Origin: an uncultured Bacteroidales bacterium
GTDB lineage: Bacteria; Bacteroidota; Bacteroidia; Bacteroidales; UBA10428
Reading direction: 5' to 3'
DNA: 64,000 nt
NCBI GenBank assembly: GCA_964456825.1
Contig: CAYWCR010000012.1
Location: 1,223-65,222, forward strand
The notes under the pieces: model-generated
What the model was told of the DNA's origin: nothing
What the model saw: the letters and a program-made list of their open reading frames with translations, nothing else
The model's database searches: none
Made by a program: the position numbers and the translations under genes
Part shown: in pieces, positions 40,082 to 48,969 of the stretch
Layout: every line of letters starts with the position of its first letter
Numbering within the stretch: position 1 is the first letter of the stretch

Positions 40082-41206
40082 ATGAGATTGAGATACAAAA
40101 GCAAAATCCCAAAAATCGAGATCCAGACAACAGGAAAGATCAGGATAATCGATATTGCCAAGCTGGCCGGGATATCCATCGGAACCGTTGACCGTGTATT
40201 GCATAACCGGGGAGAGGTTTCCAACAGTACGCGGCAGAAGATCATGAGCATTATCAACGATATGAACTATAAGCCGGACATCCTGGCGCGCAGGCTGGCA
40301 TCAAAGAGCCGGTGCCGTTTTGGTGTGCTTTTCCCGCGGTCAAATCCCGACAGCTCATTCTGGCAAACTCCCCTTGAAGGGGTCCACAAGGCGATCAATG
40401 AAATCGATTTCTACAACGTTGTCGGCGAAGAATTTTTATTTAACCAGTTCGATCGTACTTCCTTTAGTAAGAAGGCCAAGGCATTGATTAAATACAAACC
40501 CGATGGCGCGCTTATCGCTCCGGTATATTATGAAGAATCGATTGAGCTGGTTTCTTCCTGTAAAAACCTGGGAATACCTTATATATTTATTAACTCAACG
40601 ATTGACGGATTAAATGACTATGGTTTTGTGGGACAGGATTCCTTCCAGAGCGGTTTTCTGGCAGCCAAGCTGCTCACATACGGAATGCCCCCCGAATCAT
40701 CCTATTGTGTCATTAATCTGGCAAGATCATTGAATAACCATAAACATATTATGAGCCGTCAGAAAGGCTTTGAGGAATATTTTCATACCTGCTTCAAGGG
40801 AAGGGCAAATGTGTATGTTTATGATATTGAAGATACAGGGGAAGCAGAAGTGAATGATTCGCTTTCGCGCATTTTTATCAGCCATAAAAACCTGGATGGG
40901 GTCTTTGTTACCAATTCCAGGGTTTTTAAAGTGGCCCGCTTTTTAAAGTACAATAAAATACAATTACAAAGGCTGATCGGATATGACATTATCAACGAAA
41001 ATATTGAGTTCCTGGAAGACGGTACCGTTGATTTCCTTATCAGTCAAAAACCTTTCGATCAGGGATATATGGGAATAAGGGCATTGTTCAACCTGATCAT
41101 TCTCAGAAAATCCATTAACCGGGAATACTACCTGCCCATCGAAATACTGACACGTGAAAACTATCGTTATCACAGGCTTGACATATTGAAGGAAGGACTA
41201 TATTGA
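40082..41206 (+). CDS. LacI-family transcriptional regulator
   Basis: N-terminal HTH (IIDIAKLAGISIGTVDRVLHNRGEVS) followed by a periplasmic-binding-protein-like sugar-binding fold. Confidence 0.85.
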   Translation: MRLRYKSKIPKIEIQTTGKIRIIDIAKLAGISIGTVDRVLHNRGEVSNSTRQKIMSIINDMNYKPDILARRLASKSRCRFGVLFPRSNPDSSFWQTPLEGVHKAINEIDFYNVVGEEFLFNQFDRTSFSKKAKALIKYKPDGALIAPVYYEESIELVSSCKNLGIPYIFINSTIDGLNDYGFVGQDSFQSGFLAAKLLTYGMPPESSYCVINLARSLNNHKHIMSRQKGFEEYFHTCFKGRANVYVYDIEDTGEAEVNDSLSRIFISHKNLDGVFVTNSRVFKVARFLKYNKIQLQRLIGYDIINENIEFLEDGTVDFLISQKPFDQGYMGIRALFNLIILRKSINREYYLPIEILTRENYRYHRLDILKEGLY

Positions 41207-41245
41207 GGAACGCAATTCGAAACATCCATTTAATCCAATATCTAT

Positions 41246-42091
41246 ATGAAGAATACGACATTTGATGATCTCAAAGGAAAAGTCTGCGTGATCACGGGTG
41301 GAGCTGGCGTTATCGGGTCTGCTCTGGCTGAAGGACTTGGTTATGCCGGTGTAAAAGTAGCCCTTTTGGACATCAATGAAGAACTGGCCAGCAAAGCCGC
41401 TGAAAATGTTAAAATGGTCACAGGCACTGAGGCAGCAGGTTTTAAAGCCAATGTGCTGGATAAAGCCTCATTGATCGAAGCCAGGAAAAATGTAAATGCC
41501 CGGTTTGGAAATATTGAGTTCCTGATAAACGGAGCCGGTGGCAACTCGCCAAAAGCAACAACACAGGTCGAACAGATCATGGATATCAACGAACTGGATA
41601 AGTCATTCTTCGGTCTTGAAATGGAAGCATTTGACAAGGTTTTTGCACTGAATTTTACCGGAACATTGCTCCCAACCATGGTTTTTGCTGACGAAATGCT
41701 GAAACGGCATAAAGGTGTGATCCTGAATATTTCTTCCATGAATTCTTTCAGGCCGCTGACGAAAATACCTGCCTATTCTGCAGCAAAAGCCTCCATTAAT
41801 AACTTCACGCAATGGCTGGCGGTGCATCTGGCCAAAACAGGGATCCGTGTGAATGCCATAGCCCCCGGGTTTTTTCTCACCAACCAAAACCGTTTCCTGC
41901 TGACGGATGAAAAAACCGGCGCTCCGACTGCCCGGGGACTGAAAATTATTGCTAACACACCCGTAGGAAAATACGGAACGCCGGAGGATCTGCAGGGCGC
42001 AGCGCTGTTCCTGCTTTCTGATATTTCACAGTTTATCAACGGCATCATTCTTCCTGTCGATGGCGGATACAGTGCATACGGGGGAGTTTAG
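41246..42091 (+). CDS. SDR-family oxidoreductase (UxuB-like mannonate/fructuronate type)
   Basis: TGGAGVIG cofactor motif, NGAG, and the S...YSAAK catalytic tetrad region. The substrate assignment is inferred from context only. Confidence 0.7.
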   Translation: MKNTTFDDLKGKVCVITGGAGVIGSALAEGLGYAGVKVALLDINEELASKAAENVKMVTGTEAAGFKANVLDKASLIEARKNVNARFGNIEFLINGAGGNSPKATTQVEQIMDINELDKSFFGLEMEAFDKVFALNFTGTLLPTMVFADEMLKRHKGVILNISSMNSFRPLTKIPAYSAAKASINNFTQWLAVHLAKTGIRVNAIAPGFFLTNQNRFLLTDEKTGAPTARGLKIIANTPVGKYGTPEDLQGAALFLLSDISQFINGIILPVDGGYSAYGGV

Positions 42092-42272
42092 AAGAAGGGA
42101 CAAGGGACAAGGAACAAGGAAGTGACAAGGGACGAGTTTAGGAATATAGCTTTTTAGCGATTTAGCAGTTTAGCGATTTAGCCTAAAGCCTGCAGACCGC
42201 AAGACCGCATGACCGCATGACCGCAACTATTAAATCAACAAATCAACAAATCATCAAATCAACCAATATTCC
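42092..42272. repeat. Intergenic spacer made almost entirely of four consecutive short tandem arrays
   Basis: (GGGACAA/GGAACAA) 42097-42135. (TAGCGATT/TAGCAGTT) 42155-42183. (GACCGCAW) 42193-42227. (ATCAACAA-like)x4 42234-42265, ending 7 nt before the ATG at 42273. Confidence 0.9.
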
Positions 42273-43352
42273 ATGAGTATTCAACTTAAAAAAGACTTTA
42301 TGTGGTCCCTTCTGGTACCTACCAGCATGGGTGTGCGCATTACTCCTGTTAACGGGCAACCGGTTCACAGCAGCGAACTGTTTGTTATGCAGGCAACCAG
42401 TGCCGAGACCAATGTAGCCAGTATTGCAGCATATCTTGGACTTCCTGTAAAAGTGCTGACCACTTTTGTGAAAGGCAGCCCTATAGCACAGCTTATTAAG
42501 AATAATCTTGCCAGCCGTCACATAGCATACGAAGGTGCGGAAGTTTCTCAGGGTGGTCCGTGGGGATACCGCCATCAGTTTAATATTGCCGACAGCGGTT
42601 TTGGTTCACGTGGCCCTCGCGTTCAGAATGACCGGGCCGGAGAGGTTGGCAGAACCCTGAATGTAAATGACTTTGACCTGGCACGGATTTTCGGAAAAGA
42701 AGGGGTTCAGATCATACATCTTTCCGGATTAATCGGTGCCCTGTCTCCCGAAACCAGTACATTCTGCCTTGAACTGGCCCGTGCTGCCCGTAAATACGGC
42801 ACACGCATATCATTCGACCTGAATTACAGGGCTTCCTTCTGGAAAGGCCGTGAAAAGGAACTGCACGATATATTCAAAGAAATCGCCTCGGTATCCGATA
42901 TCCTGGTCGGCAACGAAGAGGATTTTCAGCTATGCCTGGGTATTGAAGGACCGGAAGCAGGAGGAAAAGACGTTGCAGCCCAAACGGAAAGCTTTAAAGG
43001 TATGATAGACCGGGTCAAAAAGGCATTCCCAAATGCATCTGTGTTTGCAACCACCTTACGTCAGGTCACCCATGCCAATATCCACCACTGGGGTGCTATT
43101 ATGTTGGAAGGCAGCAACTGGCATGTGATTGAACCGCGCGAGATTCATATACTGGATCGTATTGGCGGCGGCGATGGCTTTGTCGGCGGCATGCTCTATG
43201 GTATTCTGAAAGGATGGGAACCTCAGAAATGGGTGCAGTTTGGCTGGGCTAGCGGGGCACTGGCCACCACATTCCTTACTGATTATGCACAGCCTGCTGA
43301 TGAAGAAATGGTATGGAGCATCTGGGAAGGAAATGCAAGGGTGAGGAGGTAG
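42273..43352 (+). CDS. PfkB-family sugar (acid) kinase, KdgK-like
   Basis: 359 aa. C-terminal PfkB signature region (DRIGGGDGFVGGMLYG). Ribokinase-like fold blocks. Confidence 0.75.
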   Translation: MSIQLKKDFMWSLLVPTSMGVRITPVNGQPVHSSELFVMQATSAETNVASIAAYLGLPVKVLTTFVKGSPIAQLIKNNLASRHIAYEGAEVSQGGPWGYRHQFNIADSGFGSRGPRVQNDRAGEVGRTLNVNDFDLARIFGKEGVQIIHLSGLIGALSPETSTFCLELARAARKYGTRISFDLNYRASFWKGREKELHDIFKEIASVSDILVGNEEDFQLCLGIEGPEAGGKDVAAQTESFKGMIDRVKKAFPNASVFATTLRQVTHANIHHWGAIMLEGSNWHVIEPREIHILDRIGGGDGFVGGMLYGILKGWEPQKWVQFGWASGALATTFLTDYAQPADEEMVWSIWEGNARVRR

Positions 43353-43362
43353 TTGCGGACAA

Positions 43363-43506
43363 AAGGCATAAGGCAAAAGAAAAAAGGCATAAGGCATAAG
43401 GCATAAGGCATAAGGCTGAAGAGTATAATGGTTAATTGATCAATTGTCCAATATTTATTGTTCATTGTTAATTGTTAATTGACAGTCTATAGCCTGCAGC
43501 CTGCTG
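43363..43506. repeat. Composite array: (AAGGCAT)x8, a 12-nt palindrome, (TTGTTMA)x4, TCTATAG/CCTGCAG words
   Basis: Heptamer register is kept across 43363-43418. AATTGATCAATT palindrome at 43434-43445. tattgttcattgttaattgttaattgac at 43456-43483. This is the reverse complement of the 24227-24284 composite. Confidence 0.9.
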
Positions 43507-43532
43507 GAACTAATAACATAAACATTAATAAA

Positions 43533-44810
43533 ATGCTATACTATTCAAGGGGACATAAGAATGATCATCTCACGCATGAAGAATTGCGGAATGGACTTCA
43601 TGATGCACTTGGGAAACTGGGAAAACGCAACAGGATATTGGTAGTCCCCCCCGATTTTACACGCTACCATTCATGTGCAGGCATACTGACAGAAATGGCA
43701 TGGGAATATTACGGAAACCGGATTACGGACATCCTTCCCGCACTGGGAACCCATGTGGCCATGACGGAAGACCAGATACGGAAAATGTATGGCAGGACAC
43801 CCTTGTCACTTTTCCGCGTCCATAACTGGCGTACTGATGTTACGACACTGGGTGAAGTTCCTTCGGAATTCGTTCACGAGGTCTCCGAAGGCAAAGTTAA
43901 CTATCCCTGGCCAGCCCAGGTAAACAGAAGACTTGTGCAGGGGGATTACGATCTCATACTTTCCATTGGCCAGGTGGTACCTCATGAAGTGATTGGAATG
44001 GCCAACTACAATAAAAATATCTTTGTAGGGACCGGAGGTCCTGAAAGTATTAATAAAAGCCATTTTCTGGGTGCCGCCTATGGTATGGAAAGAATTATGG
44101 GCCGTGCCGATAATCCGGTTCGCAAAGTGCTGAATTATGCTTCGGATAATTTTGCACGCTCATTCCCCATTGTATATATTCATACCGTTGTGGAAAACAC
44201 GGCAGACGGTCTGGTCATAAGGGGGCTGTACATGAGCGATGACAGTTCCGGCTTTTATAGTGCTGCTGACCTTTCACTGGAGGTTAATTTTACCCATCTT
44301 GACAAACCGATAAATAAATGCATTGTTTATCTTGATCCTGAAGAATTCAAATCAACCTGGCTGGGAAATAAAAGTATCTATCGAACCCGGATGGCCCTTG
44401 CTGACGGTGCGGAGCTTATTGTTCTGGCCCCGGGGCTTTATGAATTCGGAGAGGATAAGGAAATAGACCGCCTGATACGTAAATATGGATATTGCAATAC
44501 AGAGCGCGTTCTCGAACACACCGGAAGGAATGATGAGCTGAAAAATAATCTGAGCGCCGCTGCGCACTTGATTCATGGTTCTTCCGAGAACCGGTTCAGC
44601 ATTACCTATTGTCCGGGCAGGCTTTCAAAAGAAGAAATTGAAAGTGTTCAATACCACTTTGGTAACCTGAAAGATATGACTGAAAAATATCAGGTCAGTA
44701 TGCTTAAGGACGGTTATAACAGGTTGCCTGACGGAGAAGAGGTATTCTTTATTTCAAATCCTGCGCTGGGATTATGGGCATCAAAGGACAGATTTAATCG
44801 GGCCTCATGA
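43533..44810 (+). CDS. LarA-like (lactate racemase / DUF2088 family) protein
   Basis: GQVVPHEVIGMANYNKNIFVG...INKSH aligns by eye with the LarA PH...GG.K...NH region, with the catalytic His and cofactor-tethering Lys positions retained. Start taken at ATG 43533; the ORF-track TTG at 43479 lies inside the repeat array. Confidence 0.65.
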   Translation: MLYYSRGHKNDHLTHEELRNGLHDALGKLGKRNRILVVPPDFTRYHSCAGILTEMAWEYYGNRITDILPALGTHVAMTEDQIRKMYGRTPLSLFRVHNWRTDVTTLGEVPSEFVHEVSEGKVNYPWPAQVNRRLVQGDYDLILSIGQVVPHEVIGMANYNKNIFVGTGGPESINKSHFLGAAYGMERIMGRADNPVRKVLNYASDNFARSFPIVYIHTVVENTADGLVIRGLYMSDDSSGFYSAADLSLEVNFTHLDKPINKCIVYLDPEEFKSTWLGNKSIYRTRMALADGAELIVLAPGLYEFGEDKEIDRLIRKYGYCNTERVLEHTGRNDELKNNLSAAAHLIHGSSENRFSITYCPGRLSKEEIESVQYHFGNLKDMTEKYQVSMLKDGYNRLPDGEEVFFISNPALGLWASKDRFNRAS

Positions 44811-44890
44811 TAATGCAAAAGAGACAGGGATAAAACAGATTATGGATCTGATCCTGGGTAAAAGTGACTTAATCTTGTAAATTTATTAGT

Positions 44891-46018
44891 ATGCTGGTAA
44901 TTGCTGACGATAAAATCCCATTCTTAAAAGGTGCACTGGAACCTTATACGGATATTGAGTATTGTTCCGGTGATGAGATCACACCCGAACGAATCCGGTA
45001 TGCAGATGCCCTGTTGATCCGGACACGTACAAAATGCAACAGGAATCTGCTGGAAGGTTCCGGGGTGCGGTTTATCGGAACGGCAACCATTGGCTATGAC
45101 CATATCGATACTGAATACTGCAATCAGCATGGCATTCATTGGACCAACGCTCCGGGATGCAATGCTGCTTCAGTTAACCAATATATAGCTTCCGCACTGG
45201 TGACCTTATCACATCAACAGAGTTTTAAATTAAGAGACCGGGTACTGGGCGTTGTCGGTGTTGGCAATGTTGGTAGCAAAGTAGTAAGGACAGCGGAATT
45301 GCTGAATATGAGGGTATATCTCAATGATCCCCCAAGGGTAAGAAAGGAAGGAATTTGTGGTTTTCTTAACCTGGAAAGTATTATGCGGGAGTGCGATATT
45401 ATTTCTTTTCATGTCCCGCTTTCCTTTGACGGGCCTGATAAAACTTATCACATGGCAGATGAAACTATGTTGTCAGCGTTAAATCCCGGTACTGTTATTA
45501 TCAACAGCTCTCGCGGAGAAGTTGCGAATACCGGAGCGCTGAAAAAAGCAAAATCGGAGGGAAAGGTTGAAAGCCTGGTGCTGGACGTTTGGGAAAATGA
45601 ACCTGAAATTGACCGGGAATTGCTGGCTATGTCATCCGTTGCAACCCCTCATATCGCAGGATATTCAGCCGACGGAAAAGCAAAAGGTACGGCTATAGTT
45701 GTACAGGCCCTGAGCCTGTTTTTTGACCTGGGAATAGAAGATTGGGAACCGGAAGATATTCCTGTACCTGAAAAGAAAGTAATTTTGCTTAACTGCAAGC
45801 ACATGGATGCTGAAAAAGCGCTGGGGGAGGCAATATTGGCCACTTACCAGGTGGAACAAGATGACCATCGCCTGCGCTCCTCGGTTGAGACATTTGAGAA
45901 GCAACGCGCAAATTATCCCCTCAGGCGGGAATTTCCGGCTTATACGATAAGGCTGTTGCATGAACACTCAGGGATCAGCCAGCTATTGATGAAATTGGGA
46001 TTTAGGATGGAGCAGTAA
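44891..46018 (+). CDS. pdxB: 4-phosphoerythronate dehydrogenase
   Basis: D-2-hydroxyacid dehydrogenase fold (GVVGVGNVGSKV). PdxB-type N-terminus (ADDKIPFLKGALEPY) and a C-terminal dimerisation extension. 375 aa. Confidence 0.8.
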   Translation: MLVIADDKIPFLKGALEPYTDIEYCSGDEITPERIRYADALLIRTRTKCNRNLLEGSGVRFIGTATIGYDHIDTEYCNQHGIHWTNAPGCNAASVNQYIASALVTLSHQQSFKLRDRVLGVVGVGNVGSKVVRTAELLNMRVYLNDPPRVRKEGICGFLNLESIMRECDIISFHVPLSFDGPDKTYHMADETMLSALNPGTVIINSSRGEVANTGALKKAKSEGKVESLVLDVWENEPEIDRELLAMSSVATPHIAGYSADGKAKGTAIVVQALSLFFDLGIEDWEPEDIPVPEKKVILLNCKHMDAEKALGEAILATYQVEQDDHRLRSSVETFEKQRANYPLRREFPAYTIRLLHEHSGISQLLMKLGFRMEQ

Positions 46019-46020
46019 GA

Positions 46021-46043
46021 AAGGGACAAGGGACAAGCAGGGA
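46021..46043. repeat. Heptamer array GGGACAA x2 immediately after the pdxB stop
   Basis: aa gggacaa gggacaa gcaggga. The same word follows the stops of rhaM (8901-8915) and the SDR gene (42097-42135). Confidence 0.8.
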
Positions 46044-46101
46044 AAAGGTAAAAAAGAGAATAAACGAGTTAGACATTAGAGAATAGAAAACAAATCAAAG
46101 C

Positions 46102-46173
46102 GCCAGGGCTATTAAAGGCGAGATATCTATTGCCCCTGGCCTGCCTACCGTCAGGCAGGTTTTAACCAGGGGG
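46102..46173. repeat. Nested palindromic intergenic element (GCCTGCCTG family, member 2)
   Basis: gccagggc...ttgcccctggcctgcctaccgtcaggcaggttttaaccaggggg. It has the same segment order as 7431-7520 (CCAGGG.C / TTGCCCCTG / GCCTGCCT-loop-AGGCAGG / CAGGGG). Confidence 0.8.
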
Positions 46174-46184
46174 TAAAAAAGAGA

Positions 46185-46205
46185 ATCAAATCAACAAATC
46201 AACAA
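46185..46205. repeat. ATCAACAA-type octamer units upstream of gnd
   Basis: atcaa atcaacaa atcaacaa, ending 16 nt before the ATG at 46222. Confidence 0.75.
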
Positions 46206-46221
46206 ATAAATACATCGACAC

Positions 46222-47676
46222 ATGGAAAAGAAAGCAGACATTGGCCTCATCGGCCTGGCCGTAATGGGTGAAAACCTGGTGCTGAATATGGAAAGCAAGG
46301 GTTTTACGGTAGCCGTATATAACCGTACGGTGGAGAAAGTGGATAAATTTATTTCAGGAAGAGGAAAAGGTAAGAATTTTATCGGCACTCATTCGATCGA
46401 TGAATTTGTTGCTTCACTGAGGAAACCCAGGAAAGTGATGATGCTGGTGAAAGCAGGGCAGGCAGTGGATGATCTGATCGAACAACTGGTGCCGATCCTT
46501 GAACCGGGTGATATTATCATTGACGGAGGCAACTCGCATTTTCCCGACACCAACAGGAGAACCAAACTGGTAGAAAGCAAAGGCTTGCTTTATATCGGTA
46601 CCGGTGTATCTGGCGGTGAAGAAGGTGCCCTGCTGGGTCCCTCCATTATGCCGGGTGGATCAAAGGCAGCATGGCCTCATGTAAAACCAATATTCCAGGC
46701 CATTGCAGCCAAAGTTGCTGATGGAACACCATGCTGTGACTGGGTGGGAGAAGACGGAGCAGGCCACTTTGTTAAAATGGTGCACAATGGCATCGAATAC
46801 GGCGATATGCAATTGATCTGTGAAGCCTATCACCTGATGCGTGATCTGCTGGGTATGTCATATGATGAGATGCATACTATTTTCAAAGAGTGGAATGAAG
46901 GTGAGCTGAACAGTTATCTGATTGAAATTACACGCGATATTATGGCATTCAAAGATACAGACGGTCAGCCCCTGGTTGAAAAAATACTGGATAAGGCCGG
47001 ACAGAAAGGTACCGGTAAATGGACCGTGGTATCTGCACTGGATGCAGGTGTTCCGCTCACCCTGATCAGTGAAGCTGTGTTTTCACGGACGTTGTCGTCC
47101 CAGAAAGAAGAGCGTGTTGAGGCATCGCGGATACTGAAGCAGTCAAAACCGGATTTTCAGGTTGATAAGAAAGCGTTCATAAAAGATATCCATGATGCAT
47201 TATATGCTTCCAAAATAGTGTCCTATGCCCAGGGATATGTGTTGATGCGGACGGCAGCAAAGGAATTCGGATGGGAACTGAACTATGGCGGCATTGCCCT
47301 GATGTGGAGAGGGGGGTGCATTATCCGTTCAGCATTCCTGGGGAAGATCAAGGAAGCCTTTGACCATAATTCAGGATTGACTAATCTGCTGCTTGATCCG
47401 TTCTTTAAAGAAAAAATAGAAAAAAGTCAGCAGGGATGGCGCCGGGTTGTTGCAGCGGCAGCTACCAATGGAATTCCCGTACCTTCTTTTGCTTCGGCAC
47501 TGGCATATTTCGACGGATATCGCACCGAAAGGCTGCCCGCTAACCTGCTGCAGGCCCAGCGCGATTATTTCGGCGCCCATACATATGAAAGGACCGACAA
47601 ACCCCGTGGTGAATTTTTTCACACCAACTGGACGGGCAGGGGAGGAGATACGGCATCAACAACCTACAATGTCTGA
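46222..47676 (+). CDS. gnd: 6-phosphogluconate dehydrogenase, decarboxylating
   Basis: IGLIGLAVMGENL Rossmann start, GGNSHF, HNGIEYGDMQLI, RDYFGAHTYER. Confidence 0.95.
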   Translation: MEKKADIGLIGLAVMGENLVLNMESKGFTVAVYNRTVEKVDKFISGRGKGKNFIGTHSIDEFVASLRKPRKVMMLVKAGQAVDDLIEQLVPILEPGDIIIDGGNSHFPDTNRRTKLVESKGLLYIGTGVSGGEEGALLGPSIMPGGSKAAWPHVKPIFQAIAAKVADGTPCCDWVGEDGAGHFVKMVHNGIEYGDMQLICEAYHLMRDLLGMSYDEMHTIFKEWNEGELNSYLIEITRDIMAFKDTDGQPLVEKILDKAGQKGTGKWTVVSALDAGVPLTLISEAVFSRTLSSQKEERVEASRILKQSKPDFQVDKKAFIKDIHDALYASKIVSYAQGYVLMRTAAKEFGWELNYGGIALMWRGGCIIRSAFLGKIKEAFDHNSGLTNLLLDPFFKEKIEKSQQGWRRVVAAAATNGIPVPSFASALAYFDGYRTERLPANLLQAQRDYFGAHTYERTDKPRGEFFHTNWTGRGGDTASTTYNV

Positions 47677-47747
47677 TATACCATGGTCAGTTCAAATAAA
47701 CAAATTGTGAATTCGTAGTAATCTGTCATGTTATCCGACGATTCCGG

Positions 47748-47777
47748 AACCGGTGTATCTTTGCACCGGTTTTTTTT
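47748..47777 (+). terminator. Intrinsic terminator after gnd
   Basis: aaccggtg (47748-47755) pairs with caccggtt (47764-47771), with an 8-nt loop and a T-run to 47777. Confidence 0.8.
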
Positions 47778-48022
47778 ATCTGTTTTTTCAGTATCCAATT
47801 CACGGTGTTTTTTTTGAATAAAAATAAAACGAACTTCGTGTGGAAATCTTATTATTTTTACAGCCGATAGATATTGATTAGAATCAGAACCAAGAATAGG
47901 GAATCAGTAGCTGGGAGGCAATGACAAGGATAAGTAAAAAAAAATGAAGCATGGAAAGAATCCGAGGAAATTGAGCCATGAATTGTCACCAGCCATAAAT
48001 CAAAATATCACCACATTAAAAT

Positions 48023-48931
48023 ATGTATAGAAAAGTACTTGTTGTTTATTATACCCAAACCGGTCAATTATTCGAAATCGTTAAATCCATAACAAATTCC
48101 CTTCAGGTTAACGGCGATATTGATGTTGTTTTCGAGGAACTTAAACCCAAATCTCCCTTCCCCTTTCCCTGGAGTTCAAACGAATTTTTTCAGGCTTTCC
48201 CGGAATCAGTGAAGGGAATACCGTGTGAACTTGAGTCCTTTACGGTTTCTCCCGACGAACCTTTTGATCTGGTGATCATCGCTTATCAGTCATGGTTTTT
48301 ATCTCCCTCCATACCTTTTCACGCTTTTTTTCAGCATGAAAGTACCAAACGGTTATTGGCAGGAAAGCCCGTAATAACCGTTATCGGTTGCCGCAACATG
48401 TGGGTAATGGCCCATGAGAATATGAAACAGTACATCAGGGAGGCTAATGGCAGGCTGGTAGGCAATATCGTGCTTCGGGATAAGGCGGCCAACCTGTTAA
48501 GCGTTGTGACCATTATTCGCTGGATGATGAAAGGTAAGAAAGACAGGTACCTGAGAATATTTCCCCCTGCCGGCATATCACACTCCGACATCGAAGGTGC
48601 TGCAATTTTTGGAAACATTATTTACTTATCTGTGCAACACGGAAATTTCGATAACCTGCGGAACGACCTTTTTGATGCCGGTGCAGTTACAGTGCAACCC
48701 GAATTGATTATGCTTGAAAAGAGAGGAAAGATTTTTTTCAACTTCTGGGCTGATTTTGCACTGAAAAAAGGTTCTTATGGCAGCAAATCAAGGAATTTCA
48801 GACTCATTCTTTTTAAATATTATCTGCTGACCGTTTTGTTCCTTGTTTCTCCGTTTGCCACCCTGGCCTTTTATCTTGCCAAACCATTCAGATACCGTTC
48901 CGTACAAAAACAAATAATGATGTTCCGGTAG
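48023..48931 (+). CDS. darA: DarA-like dialkylresorcinol condensing/aromatising enzyme (flavodoxin-like N-terminus)
   Basis: KVLVVYYTQTGQL flavodoxin-like start. About 300 aa with a hydrophobic C-terminal tail. Lies immediately upstream of a KAS III-like gene, as in dar loci. The family call is by recognition and context. Confidence 0.65.
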   Translation: MYRKVLVVYYTQTGQLFEIVKSITNSLQVNGDIDVVFEELKPKSPFPFPWSSNEFFQAFPESVKGIPCELESFTVSPDEPFDLVIIAYQSWFLSPSIPFHAFFQHESTKRLLAGKPVITVIGCRNMWVMAHENMKQYIREANGRLVGNIVLRDKAANLLSVVTIIRWMMKGKKDRYLRIFPPAGISHSDIEGAAIFGNIIYLSVQHGNFDNLRNDLFDAGAVTVQPELIMLEKRGKIFFNFWADFALKKGSYGSKSRNFRLILFKYYLLTVLFLVSPFATLAFYLAKPFRYRSVQKQIMMFR

Positions 48932-48969
48932 TGAGGCCGGATTCAATTTCTTATTAAGATTGCTGCTAT

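Noticed and set aside
47940-48026. 28-codon mini-ORF (MKHGKNPRKL...) just upstream of the DarA-like gene as a possible leader or precursor peptide
   Set aside because: It has no associated terminator or alternative structure, no amino-acid bias, and no RiPP-type enzymes in the cluster. This is not supportable from sequence alone.
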